In this document: positions 63,057-64,000 of the stretch, piece after piece
Layout of the letters: every line of letters begins with the position of its first letter
Position numbering within the stretch: position 1 is the first letter of the stretch
Origin: Ophelia neglecta
Taxonomy: Eukaryota
NCBI GenBank assembly: GCA_965285935.1
Contig: OZ260667.1
Coordinates: 10,850,001 to 10,914,000, forward strand
Reading direction: 5' to 3'
DNA: 64,000 nt
Position numbers and translations under genes: made by a program
Notes under the pieces: model-generated
Told to the model about the DNA's origin: nothing
What the model saw: only the letters and a program-made list of their open reading frames with translations
Database searches by the model: none

Positions 63057-64000
63057 AAAGATCGCCAATCCCTTAGTCTTATTCTTGACAATGGAATGAA
63101 AAGTATCTAGAATTACGAGCCCTGGCAAATTCAAAGGTCTCAGCCAAAAGATTTCTATTCAGGTTTTAACACGTTTTCCCGACCTTGTTATCAAAGATCT
63201 GCGGGAAAGTCTGCCAAACCCCAGCTCGGTGTTGACTTCTGATATGGCAGGCTCACGTGGACGGGCCGTGAAGATTTGGGTGAGGTATCAGAAAGGCGCT
63301 GCCTGAGATACGTTTGTTTACACTCTAGTTATGTTATATTTGACTGTTGTTAAGGTGAAGGCTGACACGAGTGAATAACTAACACAGGGAGAGCTCGAAG
63401 GTATTAAGGCACGCGTCATTGGGGGAGGGGGAGGGGGGGGGGGCTAGAAATTTTTTATCAAACAAAACTTTTTCCGAAGTTATCGTAAGCGTAATTGTTA
63501 AACAAGTTTCCCGCAACAATTTTTTTTATTGTAAATATTTCTTTTCATTGACTTTGGACAAAACAAACATTTATCTCTCTTCAAAAGCCTCCCCCCATCC
63601 CCCAAAGTAACCTTACGATGCATCCCTAACAATGAACAGGTTAGTCTACGCACACGACCTTCAAGGAAGATGAATTTAGACACCGGCCTAATGCGAGAAA
63701 GGTCAGCGTGGTTATGATATCTGACCTACGGTGTGTCTAAAACACTGACCTATCCCGGGGGAGTGGGGGGGGGGGGGAACTCCAAAGCGGCACTCTAACA
63801 TAGGGGCTTTGCCAGTAAAGAATCAGTCGACAAAGAGGAAGTAAATATAATATAAATAAAGTAAGGAAATATAATACCAATAAAATAAAATGACTTTACA
63901 CAAGGGGAAGTTTAAACATGGCACAGGAATTTGCCAATTTGGGAGAAAATTTGTTTTAAAACTCCACAGAAAAACCGGTTAAAGGATCGCTGGTCTGTGC

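Overview
Eukaryotic, AT-rich, intron- and repeat-rich genomic DNA, most consistent with a marine invertebrate (inference from gene type and repeat families; the species cannot be identified). There are two assembly gaps (N 4311-4410 and N 49119-49265). The window is dominated by a + strand tandem cluster of three apparently intact 15-exon genes for three-domain multicopper oxidases (laccase/ascorbate-oxidase-like): A 7588-19817 (891 aa), B 30824-44266 (749 aa) and C 47040-57292 (754 aa). I reconstructed all exons by hand from GT-AG sites, and intron phases are identical in the three genes. Each protein has a signal peptide, all four Cu-binding motifs (HWHG, WYHSH, HPxHxHGH, HCHxxxHxxxGM), a single C-terminal transmembrane helix, a CC motif and a short cytosolic tail with a LAMP-like GYxxPhi signal (GYERI*, GYQRL*, GYKPLR*). 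This suggests membrane-anchored laccases sorted to lysosomes or lysosome-related organelles. Gene A carries a ~127-aa Ser/Thr mucin-like insert between cupredoxin domains 1 and 2. Relics of further copies are interspersed: a dead exon 1 at 21441, an intact orphan exon 3 plus a chimeric half-copy at 29130, and an orphan terminal exon at 58908 that stops just before the TM helix. The paralogs are exon-by-exon mosaics, consistent with gene conversion. Several minisatellites are built from exon/intron junctions and create arrays of decoy splice sites. The rest is MITEs, tRNA-derived SINEs, an L2 LINE tail, satellites, and the probable first coding exon of an unrelated gene at 61901.
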